Assembly: GCA_022824205.1 (NCBI GenBank)
Contig: JAJEAI010000005.1
Location: forward strand, 2,632 to 66,631
Origin: Candidatus Binatia bacterium
GTDB lineage: Bacteria; Desulfobacterota; Binatia; UBA9968; JAJDTQ01
DNA length: 64,000 nt
Direction: 5' to 3'
Made by a program: the position numbers and the translations under genes. This document shows, piece by piece, positions 1-9,128 of the stretch; the stretch's first letter is position 1, and the number at the start of each line of letters is the position of its first letter. The notes below the pieces were generated by a model. It was not told where the DNA came from. It saw nothing but the letters and a program-made list of their open reading frames with translations, and did not search any database.

Positions 1-749
1 TGGTCCACCGTCGGAAAACCTTCGTCGGGCGTCAGCACCACCGAGAACTCGATCCCTTCCGGATCCCGGCCGCGTTCCGCGGCCGCGCGGCGCACGCTGG
101 CCACGGCGTCGGCGGCCTCGTCCACGGGCAGGTCCCCCGGACACCAGCCGTCGGCGTACCGGGCCACCCGCCGCGGGGCGAACCGGGGGTCGTGCACGCC
201 CAGGTGGACCGGCGGATGCGGCTTCTGGACCGGCTTGGGGAAGACCCGCACAGGGGGGAAACGCACGAACTCGCCACTGTACTCCGCTTCTTCATCTGTC
301 CACAGCACGCGCAGCGCCTCGACGCCCTCGCGCAGCGCCTGCCACCGGCGCTTGAACGAAGGGACCCCGAGGATCGCCGCTTCCTCCGGAAACCAGCCGG
401 CGCCCACGCCCATGATCAGGCGTCCGCCGCTGTGGCGATCCAGTGTCGCGGCTGCCTTGGCGGTGGCGATGACTTCGCGTTGCGGCAGTATGCAGATGCC
501 GGTGGCCACGCGCAGGCGTTCGGTGGCCTGGGCGGCCATGGCCGCCGCGATGAAGGGATCGGGCAGGTGCGCGAAGGACTCGGGCACCGTGCCGTCAGGG
601 GTGCGCTTGTAGCGCGATTGGTAGTGGACCGGGATGAGCATGTGTTCGGGAAACCACAGGGACTCGAAGCCCAGCGTCTCGGCCTCCCGGGCGATGTCGC
701 CCACGGGGCCCGACCGCTCCGTCGAAAACAGGGAAAGACCCAACTCCAT
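1..749 (-). CDS. LLM-class (luciferase-like) flavin/F420-dependent oxidoreductase, C-terminus cut by the window edge
   Basis: Hand translation of the minus strand from the ATG at 749-747 gives MELGLSLFSTERSGPVGDIAREAETLGFESLWFPEHMLIPVHYQ...HSGGRLIMGVGAGWFPEEAAILG...DPEGIEFSVVLTPDEGFPTVD. The frame is open to base 1. It is absent from the ORF track because there is no stop inside the window. Confidence 0.7.
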   Translation of the reverse strand, partial: MELGLSLFSTERSGPVGDIAREAETLGFESLWFPEHMLIPVHYQSRYKRTPDGTVPESFAHLPDPFIAAAMAAQATERLRVATGICILPQREVIATAKAAATLDRHSGGRLIMGVGAGWFPEEAAILGVPSFKRRWQALREGVEALRVLWTDEEAEYSGEFVRFPPVRVFPKPVQKPHPPVHLGVHDPRFAPRRVARYADGWCPGDLPVDEAADAVASVRRAAAERGRDPEGIEFSVVLTPDEGFPTVD

Positions 750-854
750 GATGTGCACCCCGGATCGCCGCGTTGTCTTCCGCCGCGGTTCCCGCTATAC
801 GCCACAGGGATAGCCGCCGTCCGCCGGACAGGCTACTTGGACCAGGAGAATAAC

Positions 855-2036
855 ATGCCCGAACCACCGGCCGGAACCCACGCCTTCACCCGCGCCCTCG
901 AGGCCGACGACACCCTCATCCCCATCGGTTGGGACGACTGGCTCGGCATGCCGCCGCCGGACGACGACGGCGCGTACACCGTCACCGAGGTGGTGGAGCG
1001 CTACCAGCGCAACGGCTACGACTGGGACATGCACGGCTCGCTCTACACCCCCGGGCGCGAGCGCGACGACCGGCCCGCCTTTGTGGTCTTCCACGGCGGC
1101 GGCGCCAACGAGACGGTCATGGACGTCACCCCGGACGGGCGTCCCGGGCTGGCGCGGCGGCTGGCCGCCCAGGGCTTCACGGTGCTGGCCCTCAGCTACC
1201 CGGGCCTCTGGCCGCCTGGGGGCGAGTGGGACAAACCCATCGCCGAACGGGTGCCCTTCTATCTCCTCGACGCCGGGATCGACCGGGAGGAGTTGGAGGA
1301 CCGGCTGCTCAAGTGCACGTTCAACGTCATCCTGCAGGGGGCGGGGCAGCTCACCGACCGCCACCTGCGCGGCCGGCGGCTCATCGCCTTCGGCCACTCC
1401 ACCGGCGGCCCCATGGCCGCCCACCTGACCCGCTTCACCCGCGAGGCCGAGGTCATCGGCATCGTGGGCTGGGGCAGCGGCGGACCCGACGGCTGGCGCC
1501 GGGAGTGGCGCGAGAACACCGGCATGGAGTCGCCCAAGCCCTACGGCCTCACACAGATCTCCCGGCGCACCGTGGACGCCTACCGGCGGTCCCACTACGA
1601 GGACCTCCCGGAGCTGACACCCTGGGGTCGCATGGAGGACTTCTTCCGCCTCACCGAGAAGACCCGGCCACAGATCAAGATCGGCCTGCGCGACAACCAG
1701 CACAACGTCTTCCCGGAGCGCCTGGAGGAGTACGTGCGGGTCACCGGGCTGCCGCGGGAGGAATATTTCGACCACCTGCAGGACCCCCCGGCCGGGTGGC
1801 TGGCGAATCTCAGGGTGCTCCTCATGGTGGGCGAGAACGACCACGGCCACTGGATCGGCGGCAAGAGCCTGGGCGACAAGCGCGAGATGTACATGGCCGG
1901 GAAGTACGCGGCCGGCGGCGCTCGGGTGCACGTGGGACTGGTGCCCAAGTACACCCACATGGGCCACTGGGCGCTCTACAACGAGAAGATCGCCTACACC
2001 TGGCTGTGGGCGTTGAAGACCGGCTACATGGACTGA
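855..2036 (+). CDS. alpha/beta hydrolase family protein
   Basis: ATG at 855 is preceded by AGGAGA (844-849). Motifs: FVVFHGGGANE and the GHSTGG nucleophile elbow. The first 221 codons of track ORF 192..2036 are antisense to the LLM gene and were trimmed. Confidence 0.75.
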   Translation: MPEPPAGTHAFTRALEADDTLIPIGWDDWLGMPPPDDDGAYTVTEVVERYQRNGYDWDMHGSLYTPGRERDDRPAFVVFHGGGANETVMDVTPDGRPGLARRLAAQGFTVLALSYPGLWPPGGEWDKPIAERVPFYLLDAGIDREELEDRLLKCTFNVILQGAGQLTDRHLRGRRLIAFGHSTGGPMAAHLTRFTREAEVIGIVGWGSGGPDGWRREWRENTGMESPKPYGLTQISRRTVDAYRRSHYEDLPELTPWGRMEDFFRLTEKTRPQIKIGLRDNQHNVFPERLEEYVRVTGLPREEYFDHLQDPPAGWLANLRVLLMVGENDHGHWIGGKSLGDKREMYMAGKYAAGGARVHVGLVPKYTHMGHWALYNEKIAYTWLWALKTGYMD

Positions 2037-2095
2037 TGGCGCCCGCCGGACCCATCGCGTCCGGCCCGCCCCGCCCCACAGCCGCTGGAGGTCCC

Positions 2096-2905
2096 ATGCC
2101 CCTGCTGCCCGTCAACGACACCGAACTCTACTACGAGGTCCACGGCCAGGGCACGGCCCTGCTCTTCCTGAGCGAGACGCACTGCGACGGAGAGGTGTGG
2201 AAGATTCACCAGGTGCCGGAGTTCTCCCGCGACCACCAGGTCATCACCATGGACTACCGCGGCACCGGACGGTCCGGAAAGCCGTCCGTACCCTTCACGA
2301 CCCGGATGTTCGCAGATGACGCCATGGGGCTCCTGGACCACCTCGGCGCGGACGAGGCGGTGGTCTGCGGCCATTCCATGGGGGGCCGGGTGGCCCAACT
2401 CATGGCATTGGACCACCCCGCGAGGATCAAGGCGCTCATCCTGGCGTCCACCGGGGCGGCCTACCCTCACACCAAGGGCATTCCTCTCAAGATCGCGACG
2501 GAGATGGTGGAATGGGGGTATGAGAAATACGTCCGTGACCACTCCATCCTCGTCGGATTCACCGATGACTTCGCCGAACGGCACCCGGACCGGGTAGAGA
2601 ACTATCTGCGCGTGCGCATGGCCAACATGGGGCCGGTGGAGTTCTACTTCCGCCATCTCCTGGCGCGGCAAGGGCACGACACCAGCGCCCGCCTCGGCGA
2701 CATCCGCTGCCCCACCCTCATCCTCGTCGGAGAAGACGACCGCAACGTCACCAGCGACCTGTCCCACCGGACGTCGTCGGAAACCCTGGAGAAGGGCATA
2801 CCCGGAGCCCGCCTCGTCGTACTGGCCGGAGAACGGCACAGCTACTTTTTCGCCAACCCGGACGCGGCCCACGCCGCGATGCGGGACCTTCTCGAAGGCC
2901 TCTGA
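2096..2905 (+). CDS. alpha/beta hydrolase fold protein
   Basis: Motifs: MDYRGTGRSGKP and the CGHSMGG nucleophile elbow. The ATG at 2096 has GGAG 5-9 nt upstream; an alternative start lies at 2036. The rest of track ORF 929..2905 is an out-of-frame overlap of the previous gene. Confidence 0.8.
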   Translation: MPLLPVNDTELYYEVHGQGTALLFLSETHCDGEVWKIHQVPEFSRDHQVITMDYRGTGRSGKPSVPFTTRMFADDAMGLLDHLGADEAVVCGHSMGGRVAQLMALDHPARIKALILASTGAAYPHTKGIPLKIATEMVEWGYEKYVRDHSILVGFTDDFAERHPDRVENYLRVRMANMGPVEFYFRHLLARQGHDTSARLGDIRCPTLILVGEDDRNVTSDLSHRTSSETLEKGIPGARLVVLAGERHSYFFANPDAAHAAMRDLLEGL

Positions 2906-3179
2906 TCACGACTCGTCGAGGGCAGAGCCGCTCTCCGCCCACGGCGAGAGTTCCGGTAGCAGAGGCCCGCTACGAATAGGAGATCGAAGTTTCGTTTTTT
3001 CTTCACAGCGGGTAATTTTTCTTCTGTTGAGGCCTTGACACCGGCCGTTCCGCATTATTGAATGCCTTTTTTTGTGATCGAGTCCCGGGGAAGAGGGCCC
3101 GCCGGACTCGGACAAAGGGCGATGGATTCAGGCCGGGGCCGGGGGCCCCGATCGTCAGCGCAACAGTCACGAGAGCGCC

Positions 3180-3659
3180 ATGCCACGTAGCGTACGACCC
3201 AGAATTCTCATTGCCGACAGCTACACAAGCCAGCAGGAAACGCTGTCAACGAATTTGCAGGAGCTGTCTCCGGTCATCGACGTCCTCGGCGTCAACGAGG
3301 GCCGCGAGGCGCTGGCCAGGACCGAAGAGCAAGAGATTCATCTGTTCCTGGTGAACGCCTTCCTCAAGGGCCCGCTCAACGGCTTCGAGCTCTGCCGGGC
3401 CATTCGGAAGATGGCGGCGCACCAGCACACTCCCATCATCCTGATCCTGTCGGGCGCCCTGATTCCGGAGCATCGCCGGGGAGTCGCGGCCGGCGCCGAC
3501 CTGCTGTTGCACGCGCCGGTGGAGAAGCAGGAGCTGTGGCGCATGGTGGTGCTGTTGCTGAACGAGACGGCCCGCCGGAGAAGGCCCGACTCCGCGTCGG
3601 CGGACGAGCCCGAGATCGCGGTCATCGAGCTCAAGCCTTCCATGCGTATCCTGCACTGA
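3180..3659 (+). CDS. stand-alone receiver (CheY-like) domain protein with degenerate phospho-acceptor site
   Basis: REC-like pattern: RILIADS...HLFLVNAFLKGPLNGFELCRAIR...TPIILILSG...GADLLLHAPVEKQEL. Asn occupies the position where the phospho-acceptor Asp is expected, and HAP replaces the usual KP. Confidence 0.65.
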   Translation: MPRSVRPRILIADSYTSQQETLSTNLQELSPVIDVLGVNEGREALARTEEQEIHLFLVNAFLKGPLNGFELCRAIRKMAAHQHTPIILILSGALIPEHRRGVAAGADLLLHAPVEKQELWRMVVLLLNETARRRRPDSASADEPEIAVIELKPSMRILH

Positions 3660-3728
3660 CCGAACCGCGGCGCGCCTTGCCGCCCATCGGCGAATCACCC
3701 GAACACGGGTTCACGGACTCGCCGCGCC

Positions 3729-4667
3729 TCACGCTCCCAGTATCTCGTCGACTTCCGCGAGTTCGCTGGAGTCGAGCGTCCATTCCGCGGTCCTGGCATT
3801 GTCCTGGAACTGTTCCAGGCGGGTGGCTCCGGAGATCACCGAGCACACCTGCGGCTGCGCCAGAAGCCAACCATGCGCCAGCTCGTTCATCCCCTTCCCC
3901 CGGGCATCCGCCCAGCTCCGCAACCTGGCCATGGTGTCGTAGCAGCGGTCGGTCATGTACTGCTGGACGTAGGGCTGGGTCTCGCCGCGAGAGCCGGGCG
4001 GCGGCTTCTCTCCCTTGACGTACTTGCCTGTGAGAAACCCGCCGGCCAGCGGGAAATAGGGCACGAAACCCACGCCGTAGGAGCGGCAACAGGGCAGCAC
4101 CTCGCGCTCCACCTCCCGTTCCAGCATATGGTAGTGGGACTGGAGCACGGCGAACGCCGTCCAGCCGCGGAACTCGGCCACGACGTTGGCCCGCGCCAGT
4201 TGCCACGACGCGAAATCGGAGGCGCCGATGTAGCGGACTTTCCCCTGACGAACCAGGTCGTCCAGTGCCCGCTGAGTCTCCTCGATGGGCGTCGAGGGGT
4301 CCCAACGATGAATGTAGTAGACGTCGATGTGGTCGGTTTGAAGGCGCCTGAGGCTTCCCTCGACGGCGTTCATGAGATGGTAGCGCGACGTGCCGCGGTC
4401 ATTCGGGCCATCGCCCGTGGGGAAGAAGAACTTGGTAGCCAGCACGAAGCGGTCCCGCCGGCCTTTCATGGCCGCGCCCAGCGTCTCCTCGGAACGGCCG
4501 CCCTGGTAGCTGTTGGACGTGTCGATGAAGTTGACCCCCAGCTCCACCGCCGCGTCCATGATGGCGGTCACCCGTTCCTGCGGCAGCTTCGGCGAGCCGA
4601 ACCGATTGGTGCCCAGTCCGATGGCCGAAACCCGCAAACCCGACGATCCAAGTTGACGATACTCCAC
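3729..4667 (-). CDS. aldo/keto reductase
   Basis: MEYRQLGSSGLRVSAIGLGTNRFG...FIDTSNSYQGGRSEE...YYIHRWD, a typical AKR signature over the full 312 aa. Confidence 0.9.
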   Translation of the reverse strand: MEYRQLGSSGLRVSAIGLGTNRFGSPKLPQERVTAIMDAAVELGVNFIDTSNSYQGGRSEETLGAAMKGRRDRFVLATKFFFPTGDGPNDRGTSRYHLMNAVEGSLRRLQTDHIDVYYIHRWDPSTPIEETQRALDDLVRQGKVRYIGASDFASWQLARANVVAEFRGWTAFAVLQSHYHMLEREVEREVLPCCRSYGVGFVPYFPLAGGFLTGKYVKGEKPPPGSRGETQPYVQQYMTDRCYDTMARLRSWADARGKGMNELAHGWLLAQPQVCSVISGATRLEQFQDNARTAEWTLDSSELAEVDEILGA

Positions 4668-4807
4668 GAAGAATCCTCCCGCCGCCTGTGTACCAGATCG
4701 ACCTTTCCGGCGCGAACCGGGACGGCCGGAGGGGAGATTTGCCGCGACAACGCCGAAGTGTTAGTTAGCTCTCGACGCCATAGCCAACGGAAACCTCGGA
4801 GGTACTC

Positions 4808-5572
4808 ATGCAGTGGGACATGGAGCGCGACAGCGCATTCGTGACGGGCGGCGGCAGCGGCATCGGCCAGGCCATCGCGCTCAAGCTCGGGGAGCAAAAG
4901 GTCCGGGTGGCCGTCGCCGACGTGGACGGCGCCAAGGCCGAGGACACCGCGGCGCGCATCAGCGCCGGCGGCGGCACCGCTCTGCCCTTGACCCTGGACG
5001 TCACCCGTTCGGATCAGGTCAACGCCGCCATCGCCAGGACCCACGCCGAGTTCGGCGGCCTCGCGTACCTCATGAACGTCGCCGGCATCTCCCAGCAGAA
5101 ACCCGCGCACGAAATCAGCGACGCGGACTGGGCGCGCATGATCGACGTGCACCTGAATGGCACCTTCTACTGCATCCGCGCGGCCCTGCCGTTGATGATG
5201 GAAGCGAGGTTCGGGGCCATCGCGAGCCTGTCGTCCATGCACGGCCTCAAGGGGCAGGAATGGGCGTCCCACTATTCCGCCGCCAAGGCCGGCATCGCCG
5301 CCCTCACCAAGGCGGTGGCGCGGGAAGTGGCGGAGTACGGCATCCGCATCAACGCCTTGGCCCCCGGACCCATCGACACGCCCATGTGGCGCCGCGGCCT
5401 TACCGGGGAGGCCCTGGAGCGGCGCAAGTCGGAACGCTCCAAGATGGTGCCCATGGGACGGCTGGGGGAGCCGGCTGAGGTCGCCGACCTCGCGGTGTTC
5501 CTGCTGAGCCCGGCCAGCAGCTACATGACCGGACAGATCGTGGGGGTGAACGGCGGCGAGCTGATGCCCTGA
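4808..5572 (+). CDS. SDR family oxidoreductase (FabG-like)
   Basis: TGGGSGIGQAIA cofactor-binding motif, YSAAKAG catalytic motif and PGPIDTPM. An alternative start lies at 4820. Confidence 0.9.
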   Translation: MQWDMERDSAFVTGGGSGIGQAIALKLGEQKVRVAVADVDGAKAEDTAARISAGGGTALPLTLDVTRSDQVNAAIARTHAEFGGLAYLMNVAGISQQKPAHEISDADWARMIDVHLNGTFYCIRAALPLMMEARFGAIASLSSMHGLKGQEWASHYSAAKAGIAALTKAVAREVAEYGIRINALAPGPIDTPMWRRGLTGEALERRKSERSKMVPMGRLGEPAEVADLAVFLLSPASSYMTGQIVGVNGGELMP

Positions 5573-5584
5573 CTCTTCCGTACC

Positions 5585-6637
5585 TCAGTCGCTGTCGAAG
5601 AGTGAGCGCTGAGCCGTCGAGCGCCGGAACGACGCCGTGGACAGGCTCCAGCTTCTGCGCGACAGGCCCAGCTTCCGGCAGGCGCCATCGAACAACGCCT
5701 CCGCCTGCTCGGCGAAAATCCCCTGCCCCCGCATGCGCGTCTTGAAGCTCGCGTCGTTGAGCTTGCCGCCGCGAATCTCGCGGACGCGGTTCAGCACCTT
5801 GTCCTTGCGCTCCGGATAGTTCTCTTCCAGCCAGCGCTCGAACAGGTCCTTGACACCGAAGGGCAGGCGCACCAGCGAGTAGCCCGCGCTGGCGGCTCCG
5901 GCCTCGGCCACGGCCGCCAGGATCGCCGGCAGCTCGTGGTCGTTGAGGGCCGGGATCACCGGCGCCACGATGACGCCCACGGGAATGCCCGCCTGCTTGA
6001 GGGTCCTGATCGCATTCAGACGGAGATGCGGCTGGGAGGCGCGCGGCTCCATGCGGCCACAGAGATCCGCGTCCAGCGTCGTCACCGAGATGAACACCAC
6101 CGCGGCGTCGCGCGCCGCCAGTTCCGCGAGGACGTCCACGTCCCGGGTCACCAGGTGGTTCTTGGTGACCATCGCCACCGGATTGCGGAACGCGGCCAGC
6201 ACCTCGAGGCAGCCGCGGGTCAGTTCCAGCCGCCGCTCCACGGGCTGATACGGGTCGGTCACCCCGCACATGGCCACCACCTGGGGCTTCCACCGGGGCG
6301 AGGACAACTCCTTCCGCAAAAGCTCCGGTGCGCGTTCCTTCACCAGAATCACGGACTCGAAATCCAGGCCCGCGGAGAAACCCAGGTACTCGTGGGTGGG
6401 CCGCGCATAGCAATAGATGCAGCCGTGCTCACAGCCGCGGTAAGGATTGACGCTGGCGTCGAAGCCCACGTCCGGGCTGTCGTTGTACGCGATGATGGAC
6501 CGGGAAGTGTCCTTGAGAAAGCGGGTCGCCGGCCCCTCGGGCGATTCGTCCGGGACGAAGGCGATGGGCTCGAAACGGTTCCGGGGGTTGTCGCTGCTCC
6601 CGCGGCCGCCGACGCCGGTCTTGGATTGGCTCGTCAT
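5585..6637 (-). CDS. radical SAM protein, PA0069-like family
   Basis: RGSSDNPRNRFE N-terminus followed by the NPYRGCEHGCIYCYARP CxxxCxxC cluster motif; 350 aa. Confidence 0.85.
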   Translation of the reverse strand: MTSQSKTGVGGRGSSDNPRNRFEPIAFVPDESPEGPATRFLKDTSRSIIAYNDSPDVGFDASVNPYRGCEHGCIYCYARPTHEYLGFSAGLDFESVILVKERAPELLRKELSSPRWKPQVVAMCGVTDPYQPVERRLELTRGCLEVLAAFRNPVAMVTKNHLVTRDVDVLAELAARDAAVVFISVTTLDADLCGRMEPRASQPHLRLNAIRTLKQAGIPVGVIVAPVIPALNDHELPAILAAVAEAGAASAGYSLVRLPFGVKDLFERWLEENYPERKDKVLNRVREIRGGKLNDASFKTRMRGQGIFAEQAEALFDGACRKLGLSRRSWSLSTASFRRSTAQRSLFDSD

Positions 6638-6721
6638 CCACCGATCACGGGTTGCGCCGAGTCTTTCATGCCGCCGCCGGACGTTCCGAGCTTCACCCGC
6701 GGCCGGACTTCGGAACCCGCC

Positions 6722-7321
6722 TCACTTCATGCGCCATTGCTTGCGCGTCGGGGCCGTCGAGGCGCACGGAGCCAGCTCGAGAGCCCGTGACATGAACGGT
6801 CCGGCGGACCTGCTGGCCGCACCCGCCACGAGACAAAGCGCCTTGTCGGCCCCAGGCCGGAACTCCATGGCCTCGGCATCGTAGTCGAATGCCTGGGCGG
6901 CGGAGTCACTCGAACAATCCACCAGTCCCAAGGATACGCCCGCGGCGGCGGGCGCCGCCAGCGTGGCGCACTTGCCGTCGTAGGTGGCCGACGCGATCCG
7001 CCGCGCGTCCCTGTCGTAGCGGAACTGCACGTCGCCGCCCCGGGGTTTGCAGGAATGCGCATGCAACCTCTCGCCGAACCCCCGCCCGACGGTGTCGATG
7101 CACCAACCCAGCCTGTCCTTCTCGTCCAGGTTGTCGGCAAGATAGATGACGGGGGCGGGAGTCTGAAGTTCCGGCGGCGCCGAATGGGCCGTCATCGGGA
7201 CCAACAGCAGCAGGAGGAGGATTGCCAAGCACGACACCCTGACGGCTGGGGCGGCGGCAGCGAGACCGCCGGGAACGGCCCGGCGCTCATTCCCGGCATC
7301 GGTTGTGGTCGACATCTTCAT
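6722..7321 (-). CDS. secreted protein with ricin-type beta-trefoil-like repeats
   Basis: Start taken at MKMSTTT (7321), with GGAG upstream. Hydrophobic signal segment VSCLAILLLLLLVPMTAHS. Three Cys-containing subrepeats end in QFRY, QAFDY and KQWRM, which are Q-x-W-like. Confidence 0.5.
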   Translation of the reverse strand: MKMSTTTDAGNERRAVPGGLAAAAPAVRVSCLAILLLLLLVPMTAHSAPPELQTPAPVIYLADNLDEKDRLGWCIDTVGRGFGERLHAHSCKPRGGDVQFRYDRDARRIASATYDGKCATLAAPAAAGVSLGLVDCSSDSAAQAFDYDAEAMEFRPGADKALCLVAGAASRSAGPFMSRALELAPCASTAPTRKQWRMK

Positions 7322-7530
7322 GGTCCTCTTCTCCTTCTTTTCACGCGCCAGGACAACCACCCGGGAGGGCTCCGCGCAGGTCGCGATCACGGCCCATGCG
7401 ATGGAGCGGCCAGCTACGCCCCCCGGAGTACTACCAGGAAAGGCCGTTTCCCGCCAAGACGGGCCGCGGGCACTTCGTTGTCCCCGGTTTCCCTATGGAC
7501 TCGCGCCGGTTCCCACGTTCCTCCCGGACC

Positions 7531-7740
7531 CTGGTGTCGCGTCCCGCAAATAAGAGGCATAATTTGCTGGTCTTTTTGCCGTCGGCTGCGTTACGTCACC
7601 GCGGGCTTGACCCGGGGTCTTCCTCGCGTGGTACCCGCCACATGGGGCGACCGCGGGTTGCCCCTACGGGTCATCGCGCCTTGCCGACGACAAAAAATCC
7701 TGCGCAACTTATGCCACTCATTTGCGGGACGCGACCCTGG
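7531..7740. repeat. palindromic element: two ~56-bp inverted arms (7531-7586, 7683-7740), each a hairpin plus T-run pointing inward
   Basis: Arm 1 is ctggtgtcgcgTCCCGCAAAtaagaggcataaTTTGCTGGtctttttgccgtcggc. The reverse complement of arm 2 is ccagggtcgcgTCCCGCAAatgagtggcataagTTGCGCAGGAttttttgtcgtcggc. A related copy lies at 54533-54659. Confidence 0.7.
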
Positions 7741-7773
7741 CCGAATTGCATCCCCCGCGAAAAAGTGCGATGA

Positions 7774-8655
7774 ATGGCCGCTGAAACCATGAGGCCTTTC
7801 CACTACCGGGCTCCGCGCAGCCTCGACGAAGCCCTCGCACTGCTGACACCTCGGGCCGTTCCCCTGGCCGGAGGAACGGACCTGTTTCTCAAGATGGAGC
7901 GCCGCCAGACGCAGGCGGACACGGTGGTCGATCTGAAACGGATTCCGGAACTGGACCGCATCGAGGCAGTGGACGGCGGAGTCCGCATCGGCGCCCTTGC
8001 TCTCATGGACAGCCTGGGCGCCTCCTCGCTTATCGCCGGCCAATACGAAGCCCTGACCCGCTCCGCCCGAGTGGTGGGATCGATCCAGACCCGCAACCGC
8101 GCCACCCTGGGCGGCAATCTGGCCAACGCCTCCCCGGCGGCGGACACGGCCCCCCCGCTGATGGCGCTGGGCGCTTCGGCGGAGGTCGCGGACGCTGGCG
8201 GTACCCGCCAGGTGCCGGTGGATCGATTGTTCCTGGGACCCGGCCGGACCGCGCTGCGGGACGGCGAGCTGTTGACCGCCATTCTCGTCCCGGCCCTGCC
8301 CGCCCGAGCCGGCAGTTCGTTTCATCGTTGCGTGCGCACCGCCATGGACATCGCGCTGGTGAACTGCGCCGCCTTCATTCGCCTGGACGAGGACCACCCC
8401 GACACCGTGGCGGAGGCGCGAATCGCGCTTGGCGCGGTGGCGCCCACGCCACTGCGAGCCGCGTCGGCCGAGACCCGTCTGGCGGGCGCTCGTCTGGACG
8501 AGGACGTCGTGGAGGCGGCGGGAGAGTGCGCCGCCTCCGACGCCCGCCCCATCGACGACGTGCGCGCGAGCGCGGATTATCGGAGGGAGATGGTCCGGGT
8601 GTTGACCCGGCGGGCCATCCGGAGCGCGTTCCGGCGCGCGCGAGGCGAGGCTTGA
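7774..8655 (+). CDS. xanthine dehydrogenase/CoxM-family FAD-binding subunit
   Basis: MRPFHYRAPRSLDEALALL...PLAGGTDLFLKM...RNRATLGGNLANASPAAD. An alternative start lies at 7789. Confidence 0.9.
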   Translation: MAAETMRPFHYRAPRSLDEALALLTPRAVPLAGGTDLFLKMERRQTQADTVVDLKRIPELDRIEAVDGGVRIGALALMDSLGASSLIAGQYEALTRSARVVGSIQTRNRATLGGNLANASPAADTAPPLMALGASAEVADAGGTRQVPVDRLFLGPGRTALRDGELLTAILVPALPARAGSSFHRCVRTAMDIALVNCAAFIRLDEDHPDTVAEARIALGAVAPTPLRAASAETRLAGARLDEDVVEAAGECAASDARPIDDVRASADYRREMVRVLTRRAIRSAFRRARGEA

Positions 8656-9128
8656 TGGAGACTCCACGTATCCGCATCACGGTGACGGTCAACGGCGAAG
8701 CCGTCAGCGAGGACGTCCCCGGCGACCGGTCGCTGCTGGATTTCCTGCGCGACGACCTGGGCCTCACCGGCACCAAGGAGGGGTGCGGCGAGGGGGAGTG
8801 CGGCGCCTGCTCGGTGATCGTCGGCGGACGGCTGGTGGACGCCTGTCTGATCTTCGCGGCGGAAGCGGACGGCCGTAACGTAGAGACCGTGGAGGGGTTG
8901 GCCGACGGCGAGGTGCTGCACCCGCTGCAGCGCGCGTTCGCCGCCGCCGGAGCGGCCCAGTGCGGCTATTGCACGCCGGGCATGCTCATGGCGGGCAAGG
9001 CACTGCTGGACCGCAACCCCTCCCCCACCCGCGAGGAAGCGGCCCACGGCATCGCCGGCAACCTGTGCCGCTGCACCGGCTACGGCACCATCATCCAGGC
9101 CGTCATGGAGGCAGCGAAGGAATCATGA
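8655..9128 (+). CDS. (2Fe-2S)-binding small subunit (CoxS-like)
   Basis: The ATG at 8655 overlaps the upstream stop (TGATG). Motifs: GCGEGECGACSV and QCGYCTPGM...NLCRCTGY. Confidence 0.9.
   Translation: METPRIRITVTVNGEAVSEDVPGDRSLLDFLRDDLGLTGTKEGCGEGECGACSVIVGGRLVDACLIFAAEADGRNVETVEGLADGEVLHPLQRAFAAAGAAQCGYCTPGMLMAGKALLDRNPSPTREEAAHGIAGNLCRCTGYGTIIQAVMEAAKES

Noticed and set aside
192-854. N-terminal 221 codons of track ORF 192..2036, and likewise 929..2095 of ORF 929..2905.
   Set aside because: The first is antisense to the LLM oxidoreductase gene and the second is an out-of-frame overlap of the first hydrolase gene. Real starts with RBS-like sequences exist at 855 and 2096.
2906-3179. 69-aa and 98-aa ORFs in the AT-richer spacer before the receiver gene.
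   Set aside because: They are short and overlapping, with no RBS and low-complexity translations. The region is better explained as a promoter/leader.
7712-7740. Conserved TTATGCC-N5-ATTTGCGGGACGCGAC motif read as a sigma-54 (-24/-12) or other promoter for the downstream operons.
   Set aside because: The GG of the -24 element is absent. The motif extends to about 56 bp, pairs into a hairpin followed (on the opposite strand) by a T-run, and occurs as inverted pairs. I therefore treat it as a repeat element rather than a promoter, although promoter activity is not excluded.
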